Source: a virus
Reading direction: 5' to 3' (one strand)
DNA length: 64,000 nucleotides
Virus record (IMG/VR): IMGVR_UViG_3300044991_002272
Position 1 is the first letter of the stretch; each line of letters starts with the position of its first letter. The notes beneath the pieces are model-generated. The model was not told where the DNA came from. It saw only the letters and a list, made by a program, of their open reading frames with translations, and did not search any database. Shown here piece by piece: positions 48,239 through 57,798 of the stretch. The translations under genes and the position numbers were made by a program.

Positions 48239-48365
48239 GACTCAAAAGTCTCCTTGAGTCAGAGTATAGCTGATAAAAACTGTTAGTTCAACAGGTGGGC
48301 AGGACCTAGATTTGTGATATTCATTATGATATATAAATAATATGCAATAGGGTTGGAGAAAAATT

Positions 48366-50087
48366 GTGAATTTGGCAGAATTGAAAGAACTTTGGTTGAA
48401 CAAGGAGATTACACCAAATAGGTTGACAAAGTTGTTGCCTATACACAAAGAAGAGCTAGACAAATTATTTCCTTGTGAAGGCCCAATTGCAGCTAAATTT
48501 TATGCATACGTTCATAACACTAATGCAGAAAACAGTTGGTGTGAACAGAGTGGTAAGTTCAGGACTTTCAATAATATGGTTCTAGGGTTCAGAAAATTCT
48601 GTGGTAATCAATCTCAATGCTCCTGTAATCGTGAATATCAGGAAAGCGTTCGACACAGCCGCACTAGAGATGAAATAAATCATATTCACGAAAAACGTAA
48701 AAATACCAACCTTCAAAAGTATGGTTTTGAGTATGCAAGTCAACATGACAAGGTCAAAGCCAAAGCTGAGACCACATGTTTTGAAAAGTATGGCGCAAAA
48801 GCTCCAACCTTAAATCCTGTTGTTTTAGACAAAGCACAAAAAACGATCCAGGAAAATTGGGGAGTAAACTTTCCTCAGCAACATCCTGATATAAGAACCA
48901 AAACTATAGAGGTGTTTCAAAACACTTATGGAGCACCTGTTCCTGCTCAAAACCTGGAGGTGTTAGTTAAAACCAAAAAAACCAACCTCTCAAAATATGG
49001 TGTTGTGGCCCCGTTTTTGACAACAGAGCATAGGGAGACCAATAGGAAAACTTTTCGGCAAAAATCTTGGGATTCCTATATTACAAATAGGACTGATTAC
49101 ACTCCGTTATTCACTCAAGAAGAATTTTTGGACTCACATCGTTATTCTGAACATTCGTTTGTTTGCCAAAAATGCCATAACCAATTCAGTGTTGCCTTGA
49201 AAAGAGAATCTGATTTGCGTTGTTTTGCTTGTTATCCAAGAAAAGAAAGTTGGGGAGAAACAAAGATCAAACAATGGTTGTGGGATAATAACATATCTTT
49301 TGAGCAATGGAATAGGCAAGTTATCAAGCCATTGGAGATTGACTTTTATATTCCAGATTTAAATGTGGGTATTGAGTTTAATGGCATCTTTTATCATTCA
49401 GATTGCCAAATAGGAGACAAAAAATATCATCAAAATAAATGGAAACAAGCTCTTGAAAAAGGTGTAAGGCTTGTTCAAATTTGGGAACATGAGATGGTGC
49501 AAAAACCCAATATTATATTTGACAGATTGTCACACGTAGTGGGTTTGAAAAAAACAATTGTTGGTGCACGTAAATGCAACATTACAGTTGTGGATTTTGG
49601 AACAGCTAAAACATTTATTCAGAACTCACACTTGCAGGGCAACATACCAACCAAACATATTTGGGGTTTGGAACACAACGGGTCGCTTGTTGCACTTGCT
49701 AGCTTTGTCAAAACTAGGTACAGCAAAGGGAGTGATTATGAGCTGGCCCGTTATTGTATTTTGCCTGGGTATCATGTTCCAGGCGGGCTTAGCAAGCTTT
49801 TGAATCATGCGCATCAGGAGTTGGGATTCAAAAGCTTGGTGTCCTACAGTAACTTGAACTGGGGACTGGGAAATGGTTACGAAAAAACAGGCTTTGAGTT
49901 AAGTCATATCAGTCCACCCAATTATTGGTATTGGAAAAATATAAATGACGTTCAGAGCCGACTTAAATTTCAAAAACACAAAATACAAGGCTTAGCTGCG
50001 GGCAATACGGAGCAGGAAATTGCCAAAAATTTGGGCTACAATCGTTTTTATGATGCAGGCAACGCAGTGTGGATCAAAAAATATTAG
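48366..50087 (+). CDS. Free-standing putative homing endonuclease, paralog of 4993-6636
   Basis: Five tandem T..xKYG-type repeats; EIDFYIP...GIEFNGIFYHS; shared C-terminal ELARYC...SYSNLNWG...RFYDAG domain. Confidence 0.72.
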   Translation: MNLAELKELWLNKEITPNRLTKLLPIHKEELDKLFPCEGPIAAKFYAYVHNTNAENSWCEQSGKFRTFNNMVLGFRKFCGNQSQCSCNREYQESVRHSRTRDEINHIHEKRKNTNLQKYGFEYASQHDKVKAKAETTCFEKYGAKAPTLNPVVLDKAQKTIQENWGVNFPQQHPDIRTKTIEVFQNTYGAPVPAQNLEVLVKTKKTNLSKYGVVAPFLTTEHRETNRKTFRQKSWDSYITNRTDYTPLFTQEEFLDSHRYSEHSFVCQKCHNQFSVALKRESDLRCFACYPRKESWGETKIKQWLWDNNISFEQWNRQVIKPLEIDFYIPDLNVGIEFNGIFYHSDCQIGDKKYHQNKWKQALEKGVRLVQIWEHEMVQKPNIIFDRLSHVVGLKKTIVGARKCNITVVDFGTAKTFIQNSHLQGNIPTKHIWGLEHNGSLVALASFVKTRYSKGSDYELARYCILPGYHVPGGLSKLLNHAHQELGFKSLVSYSNLNWGLGNGYEKTGFELSHISPPNYWYWKNINDVQSRLKFQKHKIQGLAAGNTEQEIAKNLGYNRFYDAGNAVWIKKY

Positions 50088-50929
50088 ATGGGGCCAGTTG
50101 GGCTCATTTGAGGCACAACAAGTGGGACTGCTGCTTCCGCATTGTCAAATCCCAGTTGTTGTGCCAACTGATCCTCTGTCTGTCGGGTGTGACTAGGTGT
50201 TGCACCATGCATGATCAAAAGATCATCTCTTATGTGTTGACTTCTCTTTTCCAGTTGCAATATCTTGAGAAAACTTGTACTACTTACGGTAGTATAATAA
50301 GCAAAGGGGTTTGAGCTTTTAGCTTCATCAAATTGAAGTCCCACTTGTGCCAATTGCACCAGTGCTTGCGCTTTCATTTCGTCAAGATAAGTGTAACCTC
50401 TCCAGTTGCCTCTATGCCCATAGCGATCAACCAATTTGATCCACATAGCAGCCAGTCTATCAGTAATCCTACCGCCAGTTAAGGTGAATTCACCCTTTTT
50501 GTGATGACTCTTGCCCACACATTTCCATTCATTGTTTTGGAAAATCCAATGTTGAAAAGGAGGGAAATTGCATCTGATGTGTTTTTCTGCCTGATTTTTG
50601 GCTTTGTCTGCTTTGGCAGGGTTTAACGGAATGTGCACAAAAGTCATAAGCCTCACAACAATTTCATCCAAAGGCACATTATCCAATGTTAATGAAGATT
50701 CAAAAGTCTTGCTGCCGCTGGCTTTCTTTTCTTCAGCCATTTTGTTAGCTAGCTTTTTGTGTCGAGCAGCGTCCAAAACTTCTGGAGTTGCTGCTGCAAG
50801 ATCATATACAATGACATCAAAATCAGTGTATTTTTTGTCAACAAATTCACAAAAAGTAAGCTTGCTTTCATGGATTGCAGACAATAAATCTTTGTTTGTT
50901 AGATATTTGATCTTGGGAACCAATGCCAT
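50084..50929 (-). CDS. Late-transcription sigma factor (T4 gp55-like)
   Basis: KYLTNKDLL N-terminus; NWRGYTYLDEM...FDEAKSSNPFAYYT; upstream of gp47/gp46 as in T4. Confidence 0.88.
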   Translation of the reverse strand: MALVPKIKYLTNKDLLSAIHESKLTFCEFVDKKYTDFDVIVYDLAAATPEVLDAARHKKLANKMAEEKKASGSKTFESSLTLDNVPLDEIVVRLMTFVHIPLNPAKADKAKNQAEKHIRCNFPPFQHWIFQNNEWKCVGKSHHKKGEFTLTGGRITDRLAAMWIKLVDRYGHRGNWRGYTYLDEMKAQALVQLAQVGLQFDEAKSSNPFAYYTTVSSTSFLKILQLEKRSQHIRDDLLIMHGATPSHTRQTEDQLAQQLGFDNAEAAVPLVVPQMSPTGPI

Positions 50930-51049
50930 TATAGTCCTTTGTGTTTGAAACCCTAAATTTTGTAATTGGTTACAGAAGAAGTCAAAATGGACGCCTTGAT
51001 CTGTTAAATAATTCAATAGATTGCCAAAAGATTATGTTGGGGCGTAACA

Positions 51050-53269
51050 ATGAAGCTGTTTGACTTATTACCAGAAGTAAATCTCTCTTTGACTGAGGCC
51101 AAAGCCCGTATCGAGCATCCAGAAGACATGATCTTCGATGAGGGGTTAGATGGTGCCAAAAGAGCTTTTCATATACTGAGCACAACTGCTCATGAACCCG
51201 AGTATGTTAGTATCAAGTTTGATGGTTCTCCGGCCTTGATTTCTGGATGGAAAGACTATAAATTTGTGTTAACAGACAAAGCTGGATTCAGCAGTAAAAA
51301 ATACAATGGTTTAACCACAAGCCCTGAGGATATTGTCAATATGCTCATGAGCAGGAAAATGAAAGACACCAGCCCCAGTGCAAAGAGTGCTCGACTGGCA
51401 TATGCCAACAAAATAGCCAGTCTCTACCCATTGTTGAAAAAAGTTACCCCAAAAGGATTTATCGGTTACGTTCAAGCGGATTTGTTGTGGACTGGTGTAC
51501 CTCCCATTGTAGATGGGGCATATGAATTTACACCCAACAAAATAACTTATCGTGTGCCTGTCAACAGTCAATATGGTGAAATGATTGCCAACAGCAGTGC
51601 TGGCGTGGTCATGCACAGTGTTTATCAAAGCCCTGAAGATCAGGAACCAGAAGCCTTGCGAAACATCAGTCAATATGGCTTTCGCACTGATCAAGGACTG
51701 GCTATCCTACCTCATGAAGCCACCATGCTCAAAAGTTTGAACCTGGATAAAAACTTAGTTGACAAATTATCCCACTTGTTTAGAGTGCATGCTGTAAGTG
51801 TGAAATCATTTTTGGACAGAGGACAACTAGCCAGTCATGAAATCTTGAGCCTTCCTGGCTTGATGAAAAGCTTTTTGGCCAAAAAGGCAGAACGTGGTAG
51901 TTCCACATTTAGCCATGTGAGTAGAGAGTTTTTGGAGTGGCTTACAGGGCTCAACAGTACTGCTAGCCCTGCAATGCAGGCCAAGTGTTTGAAATGGATT
52001 CAAAGCCACATCCATGGTTACAATAGCGTGTGGCGGATAGTAAGTTTGTTGACAAGTTTGAAGCTGGATCTCAAGAAACAAATGGACCGTCAAACAGATG
52101 GGACAGTTGGTGCTAGTTTGGGTGGAGATCCAGGACATGAAGGATTTGTGGCTGTAACTCCCACTGGAATAGTGAAGTTTGTAAATCGTGCCCAATTTAT
52201 GAGAAAAGGCGAGCCTGATTCATTGATGGAACAAGAACACAAACGGGTAGTTTGGACCTTTGGCAGGATGAATCCTCCCACTCGTGGTCATCAGCACTTG
52301 GTTAACACAATGGCCAAACACGCTGGCAAGGGTGACTATTGGATCTTTTTGAGTCACAGTCAAGACGGTAAAAAGAATCCATTGCCTTGGGCGGAAAAGC
52401 TGGAGTTTTTCCAAGAGATTATGCCTCAACACCAAGATCATGTGGTGCAGGATGAGAGCATCAAAACTCCGCTGCAAGCCGCAGAATGGCTTTACAACAA
52501 AGGCTATAGACATTTTGTATTTGTTGCCGGAGAAGATCGTGTGCAGGGCATGACAGACCTTTTTGACTCTTGGAACAGTCCAGAAATACGTGAAAAACAT
52601 CAACGTCAACCAGTGACGATTGAAATTGTATCAGCTGGAGAACGGCATCCAGATGGCATTGGCGTTAGTGGAATAAGCGGCACCAAGGCACGTGCGGCTG
52701 TTTTGAACAAAGACAAAAAGGCTTTCCACCAAGCTGTGGGTTTGGATGATGAACTTTCCAATAGGCTGTTCCAATCAGTTCGACGCTATCTCAAGCACCC
52801 TAGGAACACAGTAATGGAAGCTCATGAGCACGCTGCTGGCACCATAGTTGTTTTGAGCATGAGTCCCAAAAATGCTCTAGAGCTCAAAGAATGGTGTGAA
52901 AGTCAAGGTGTTCCCTGTATGAATACTGATGATCTTCACATGACTGTTTTGTATAGCCAAAAACCAGTGCCTCACCTCATGAGCATGCATGGTAACACTG
53001 TGGTTGTGCCAGCACAAATAAAAGGTTGGACCAAAATGGGCGACAAAGCCCTGTGCCTAGACCTAGATTGTGACCTGGCACACAAATTTCATCATCATTT
53101 GAAGAGCAAGGGAGGAACTCACGATTTCCCCAACTTCATTCCACACAGCAGCGTAAATTACAATTGGTTGGAGAGAACAGACCTACCAAAAGTTTTGCCC
53201 AACTTTCCTCTGCTGTTTGATCAGATTCATGTCAAGCCAATTGATCCCCGATACGGAAACAAAAGCTAG
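51050..53269 (+). CDS. Three-domain protein: ligase-like nucleotidyltransferase + HxGH nucleotidyltransferase + 2H phosphoesterase (Acb1-like)
   Basis: KFDG...EGFV...VKFV; FGRMNPPTRGH; LHMTVLYS and PHSS. Confidence 0.75.
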   Translation: MKLFDLLPEVNLSLTEAKARIEHPEDMIFDEGLDGAKRAFHILSTTAHEPEYVSIKFDGSPALISGWKDYKFVLTDKAGFSSKKYNGLTTSPEDIVNMLMSRKMKDTSPSAKSARLAYANKIASLYPLLKKVTPKGFIGYVQADLLWTGVPPIVDGAYEFTPNKITYRVPVNSQYGEMIANSSAGVVMHSVYQSPEDQEPEALRNISQYGFRTDQGLAILPHEATMLKSLNLDKNLVDKLSHLFRVHAVSVKSFLDRGQLASHEILSLPGLMKSFLAKKAERGSSTFSHVSREFLEWLTGLNSTASPAMQAKCLKWIQSHIHGYNSVWRIVSLLTSLKLDLKKQMDRQTDGTVGASLGGDPGHEGFVAVTPTGIVKFVNRAQFMRKGEPDSLMEQEHKRVVWTFGRMNPPTRGHQHLVNTMAKHAGKGDYWIFLSHSQDGKKNPLPWAEKLEFFQEIMPQHQDHVVQDESIKTPLQAAEWLYNKGYRHFVFVAGEDRVQGMTDLFDSWNSPEIREKHQRQPVTIEIVSAGERHPDGIGVSGISGTKARAAVLNKDKKAFHQAVGLDDELSNRLFQSVRRYLKHPRNTVMEAHEHAAGTIVVLSMSPKNALELKEWCESQGVPCMNTDDLHMTVLYSQKPVPHLMSMHGNTVVVPAQIKGWTKMGDKALCLDLDCDLAHKFHHHLKSKGGTHDFPNFIPHSSVNYNWLERTDLPKVLPNFPLLFDQIHVKPIDPRYGNKS

Positions 53270-54099
53270 ACAGCTACACCTGTCAACTGCTCAATCCTTG
53301 CAGCTTCTTCTTCTGATTTGCGTTGCTCACTGGGAGATTTCTGCTTAAACTTCCCAGTTTTCACATCCATTGTGGGTTTGCCAGTGGGCCCTAATTTATC
53401 CAAGCTCCTTAGAGTTTGAATCAACTCAGTCAACCCTTGATGAATAGCCCTATTGCCTTTGATGGCTCGTTGAATAGTTTCAACACTTTGGAAGCTGTCG
53501 TGAGTGAATCTGGGTCCCAACAGCTTTTGTGCAATCACATCAGGATCAGTGGAGATAACAGATTCATCTTCCCGATTCAACAGTCCACGTTGCCAACTGT
53601 ATTTCATTCCCAACGCTTTGGCAATACTGCTCATGAGTTGATTTCTTTCTGCACCAGTGTAGTTGCTGGCGTCTCCTGGACTCTGCATGCTGAATTTCAT
53701 CCATTGAGGATCATCATGGAAGAAAAAGTCAGTTTGCACGAAGCCATTCTTGGGATCACCTGCAATTGGTGTCAACAGATGAACTTCTCCAGCAGGCTTC
53801 ACATACTCTTTGGGGTTCAAACCTTGGCTCAACACCCAGTTTTGGAGACTTTGGGCAAATTGGGCTTTTGACATTTTCTTGCTGTCGACTACGATGTCGA
53901 TATCCCCACTGCTGGCTTTTTTGCCAACACTGCCCAAGGTCATGCCATGCATGGGCAGCCCTGTGATTTTTTCCAGCCAATCCAACGTGGGACTGATCAA
54001 AGCCAGTGGGATACGAGTGGTGCGTGGATAGCCATCTGAGGTTTTGAATACGTTGCCGCCTTCAAAAACTAATTGTGGGGAGAGTTCAAACTGTTTCAT
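53266..54099 (-). CDS. Pol-beta-superfamily nucleotidyltransferase
   Basis: LGSVGKKASSGDIDIVVD (GS...DxD) and VQTDF third acidic residue; TAAATA upstream. Confidence 0.72.
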   Translation of the reverse strand: MKQFELSPQLVFEGGNVFKTSDGYPRTTRIPLALISPTLDWLEKITGLPMHGMTLGSVGKKASSGDIDIVVDSKKMSKAQFAQSLQNWVLSQGLNPKEYVKPAGEVHLLTPIAGDPKNGFVQTDFFFHDDPQWMKFSMQSPGDASNYTGAERNQLMSSIAKALGMKYSWQRGLLNREDESVISTDPDVIAQKLLGPRFTHDSFQSVETIQRAIKGNRAIHQGLTELIQTLRSLDKLGPTGKPTMDVKTGKFKQKSPSEQRKSEEEAARIEQLTGVAV

Positions 54100-54171
54100 G
54101 ATCTAGTATTTAGATTCCAGCTGGTTTCCAGCACATAAATATTTGGCTAATATTTTTGAGGAAAGAATTGC

Positions 54172-55191
54172 ATGCCTAGATTTGGTGGTTTTGGTGTTAA
54201 CACTGGTTCTTTGGTTGGTGGACTTGTAAACAACGTTGTGGGGTCGGCTGCCTCTGCTATTTTTCCACGCGGGGTGTTTGGCGGTTTTGGAATTGGAGAT
54301 GGTGTGAATTTGTTGGGAACACTCAACAATCAAGATCCCACTAACCGACGTGTAAGCCTGCGGCCCAGACCAGCTGCTGCTAATCGCGTGTTGGGCAAGG
54401 GATTATTGGATCCTTTGCGAGAAACAAACAATGGCATGGTTTGGCCCTACACACCTACAATCAACTATCAACAAGACATTGATTATCAAACCATTAGCAC
54501 TGTACATACAAACCAAGACTTTCATATATTTGCACGTACGCCGGCAACTTCATTCAGTGTTGATGGTCAATTCACTGTTCAAAATCAAAAAGAAGGACGC
54601 TATGCATTGGCATGCATACACTTTTTGAGAACCATGAGCAAGATGCATTTTGGTGAAAATGACAAAGATGCAGGCACACCTCCTCCTATTCTCTTGTTCA
54701 ATGCCTACGGTCCTTTTGTGTTCAACAACTTGCCAGTCATAGTCAAGAGCTATAGTATTGGATTTCCAGATGATGTAGACTATGTTCAAGTGGCTAGTGG
54801 GCTGTCCCCAGTAAATCAACCCACTGTGCCAAATAATCCCGCAGGAGGTAGTATTATTGCTGAAAATTTACCTCCAATTCCAGGAGTGCCCGCACCAAGT
54901 ATTCGCAATAATCCTAATGATTTGATATATAATGATCCTGGTGCATCACCTTCAGGTCGTGCCCGCACTATTGATCCTAGAGCAGACATGTCGTGGGCAG
55001 ACCCGCTGAACAATCCGCCGGGCGCAAGTGTACAGCAACCAACACCATCTACAACAAAAGCTATTTGGTTGCCCAGCTTGTTCAAAATTTCAGTAACATT
55101 GATTGTGCAACATACTCCCACCACATTGCGGAAGAGATTCGAGTTGCCCAAATACATCAATGGTGACCCAAGTCAAAGTGATTTCATATAA
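54172..55191 (+). CDS. Baseplate tail-tube cap/initiator (gp48/gp54-like)
   Basis: MVWPYTPTI, FTVQNQKEG, HFLRTMSKMHFG, PPPILLFNAYG...PVIVKSYSIGFPDDVDYV. Confidence 0.78.
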   Translation: MPRFGGFGVNTGSLVGGLVNNVVGSAASAIFPRGVFGGFGIGDGVNLLGTLNNQDPTNRRVSLRPRPAAANRVLGKGLLDPLRETNNGMVWPYTPTINYQQDIDYQTISTVHTNQDFHIFARTPATSFSVDGQFTVQNQKEGRYALACIHFLRTMSKMHFGENDKDAGTPPPILLFNAYGPFVFNNLPVIVKSYSIGFPDDVDYVQVASGLSPVNQPTVPNNPAGGSIIAENLPPIPGVPAPSIRNNPNDLIYNDPGASPSGRARTIDPRADMSWADPLNNPPGASVQQPTPSTTKAIWLPSLFKISVTLIVQHTPTTLRKRFELPKYINGDPSQSDFI

Positions 55192-55490
55192 TGACAACAG
55201 TAACTTATCTACGCAGTAGTCCTTACTATCGCACTCCACAAAACACCACATATCTGGATTTTTGGCGGCCACCATTACTCACAAGAACAAGTGACGATCT
55301 AATTGTTACTTTGGCACAACGGCATCTACATCGGCCTGACTTATTGAGTTTTGAACTATATCGAAATCCACGGGCATGGTGGGCGTTTGCTATCCTAAAT
55401 CCTGATCAAATTGTGGACCCAATTTATGATTTTGTTCCTGGGATAACAATTTATGCACCTAGCCAACTCAGCATTGGAAGCACCTTATAA
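55191..55490 (+). CDS. Baseplate wedge protein (T4 gp53-like, LysM-type)
   Basis: HRPDLLSFELY...WWAFAILNPD...DFVPGITIYAP. Confidence 0.85.
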   Translation: MTTVTYLRSSPYYRTPQNTTYLDFWRPPLLTRTSDDLIVTLAQRHLHRPDLLSFELYRNPRAWWAFAILNPDQIVDPIYDFVPGITIYAPSQLSIGSTL

Positions 55491-57784
55491 TGCCCGATCC
55501 TGTTACTAGTCATTATCTCCGACGTATAATTAGTGAGTTAAAAGAACGTGGTGTTGACTTCAAACCTGAAGATAATGATCTTAATAAATTTGACCGTTAC
55601 GCATACCATTTACAGTTGTTTATGGTAAATGATCGAGACGCAGTTGACCCAGACATACAAGCAAAAGTTGAAAATAATCAGATTCGTAAAATAATTATTG
55701 CTGAAAGTGGTGTTACAGCAGGATTTAATATTGTAGACTGTGAACTTTCTGATGCAGTAGGACATAATTTCCGTAATCGAAATACGCATTCGGTAAAAGT
55801 GGACTTCACAATTGCTGAGCCATATAGCATGAGTTTACCTGACAAGCTTTATATTGCAAGTGTGCAACTTGCTATCCTTAACTGGCGATTAGCACCGATC
55901 TTTTTGAAACTGTATTTTGACTATTACGACGCTGAAGGGCGTATTGTGCCAGATAGAAGAAAAAGAGGATTTTACTACCGCTTGAAAATAGTGGACTTTG
56001 ATAACACACTGACCGCTGCTGGTACAATCTACAAACTCTCATGTGTTGTTGACAATGACATAGGATTTAGAAATAACTACTTTATTATACCACAAACTTA
56101 TACAATTAAAGTAGGAGGGACACCTAGTACAGTCCAAGGCAGTAACTTACCATTACAAAATCCAGCAGCACCTGGTACAGTGTTTGAATTCTTTCGAAAA
56201 TTGGAAGACGAGATCAATAAATTTTATGCAAAACAGCGTCAAGGACCTGCAGGGCCGCTGCCCGCATACGGGGCGTCTGATCCTAGAGCTGAAGCCCAGG
56301 GAGCTCAAGTTGTTTTTTACGAATTTAACGTTGAGGACAAACTTGCGGAGCAAAAAATTAAATTTACCCCAAATGTCAACAATAGACGTGCATCATTTAG
56401 TCAACCTGCAGGAGGCGAGGTTGAGATTACAGTGGGCCACGGTATTAGTATTGGTGCAATTGTGGATGATATCTGTGCATCAATTACAGACCCGTTATTT
56501 TTCATTCCTAATGATCAAACAGGCCGAATAAAAGTTCCTTGGATTGAATGTGTGGTTGAAGAGATAGGGTGGGATGACCTTTTAAACGACTATATCCGGC
56601 GGTTTCGCTTCTTCATAAATGTAAAAGAAACACGACGGCCTGTTCCTAACTTACCCTTTGGGCGTACTTTCCAAGCTTCTGAGGAGTTTCAAAATGCTAG
56701 ATTGCAGTCTATTGCTGACGGGGGAACGTTACGCAAAGCATACTTGTATTTTTATACTGGGTTAAATACAGAAATTATAAATCTTGATGTTAAATTTTCT
56801 CACTTACATTATATACCGCAACCCCTTACCAACGCAACAGTATTGCCTGATGTTTTTAGTGCGCCTCGTGCAAGTTTGCCCTCAGTCCAAGTTGCGTTAG
56901 GACAGCGCCTCTCCATGCAATCACGGATCCAGGCGCTCCAAGCAGAGCTTGCAAGGCCTGGTGGTGTACCTGCAGCACGAAGTGCAGCCATATCCGATGA
57001 ACTTGCTGCGTTGCTTGCCCAAGATAACTTTTATGCGACAATAATAGCTGAAAGGTCTCTTGTTATTTTTGATCCTAACCTTGCGTCCCAAATACAGAGT
57101 AGGACGGAGATTGACCTAGGGCAAAGCAGTGCACCAATCCAGAGCAGGAGAGATGAGTTATTGATCAGCCGGCAAGCTGCGCAAGTTAGAAGAGCTAGAT
57201 TAGAGTTTGTGGAAGATGTGTCAACACAACAGCAAAATGTGCAACCATCCGCTCTCACTTATATTAGTGATCCTCGTGATTTGGTGAATTTGGTAAGGCC
57301 GGTAAATGGCGATAGTCAGTCGAGAAAACAGTATGCAAGTATTACCAGTCAATTGTATGATAAACGAGGTGATATGGTAAACATTACTATGGAAATAAAA
57401 GGGGATCCGTATTGGTTAGGAAAACCAAACATAGAACGTAATAATGACCTACTTAGGTCTTTGCCAAATTCAGGAGCACCTGTACCAAATCAGACATTAG
57501 GCCAAAGATTTGCACTTGCTCCAAATGCGGATGATATCAGTGGGGTTTTTGATGCGTTTTTTATATTAGCATTTAGACATGGCACGTTGCCAAACGAGCA
57601 AACCGGTTTTATGGACTTGCGTGATGATGTTGATTTTTTCAATGCATTGTATCTTGTTGTTAACGTTACACACATATTTCGAGACGGCAAATTTACTCAA
57701 AGAATTGAGGCTACACGAGATGCGCTTTCCACTTTTGGTGGTACAAGACCACAACCTGAACCACAGCAAAGTTTACCTGGATAA
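55490..57784 (+). CDS. Baseplate hub protein (gp27-like)
   Basis: IIIAESGVT, MEIKGDPYWLG, YLVVNVTHIFRDGKFTQ; lies between gp53-like and gp5-like genes. Confidence 0.7.
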   Translation: MPDPVTSHYLRRIISELKERGVDFKPEDNDLNKFDRYAYHLQLFMVNDRDAVDPDIQAKVENNQIRKIIIAESGVTAGFNIVDCELSDAVGHNFRNRNTHSVKVDFTIAEPYSMSLPDKLYIASVQLAILNWRLAPIFLKLYFDYYDAEGRIVPDRRKRGFYYRLKIVDFDNTLTAAGTIYKLSCVVDNDIGFRNNYFIIPQTYTIKVGGTPSTVQGSNLPLQNPAAPGTVFEFFRKLEDEINKFYAKQRQGPAGPLPAYGASDPRAEAQGAQVVFYEFNVEDKLAEQKIKFTPNVNNRRASFSQPAGGEVEITVGHGISIGAIVDDICASITDPLFFIPNDQTGRIKVPWIECVVEEIGWDDLLNDYIRRFRFFINVKETRRPVPNLPFGRTFQASEEFQNARLQSIADGGTLRKAYLYFYTGLNTEIINLDVKFSHLHYIPQPLTNATVLPDVFSAPRASLPSVQVALGQRLSMQSRIQALQAELARPGGVPAARSAAISDELAALLAQDNFYATIIAERSLVIFDPNLASQIQSRTEIDLGQSSAPIQSRRDELLISRQAAQVRRARLEFVEDVSTQQQNVQPSALTYISDPRDLVNLVRPVNGDSQSRKQYASITSQLYDKRGDMVNITMEIKGDPYWLGKPNIERNNDLLRSLPNSGAPVPNQTLGQRFALAPNADDISGVFDAFFILAFRHGTLPNEQTGFMDLRDDVDFFNALYLVVNVTHIFRDGKFTQRIEATRDALSTFGGTRPQPEPQQSLPG

Positions 57785-57798
57785 TAGAGTATAGTTAA

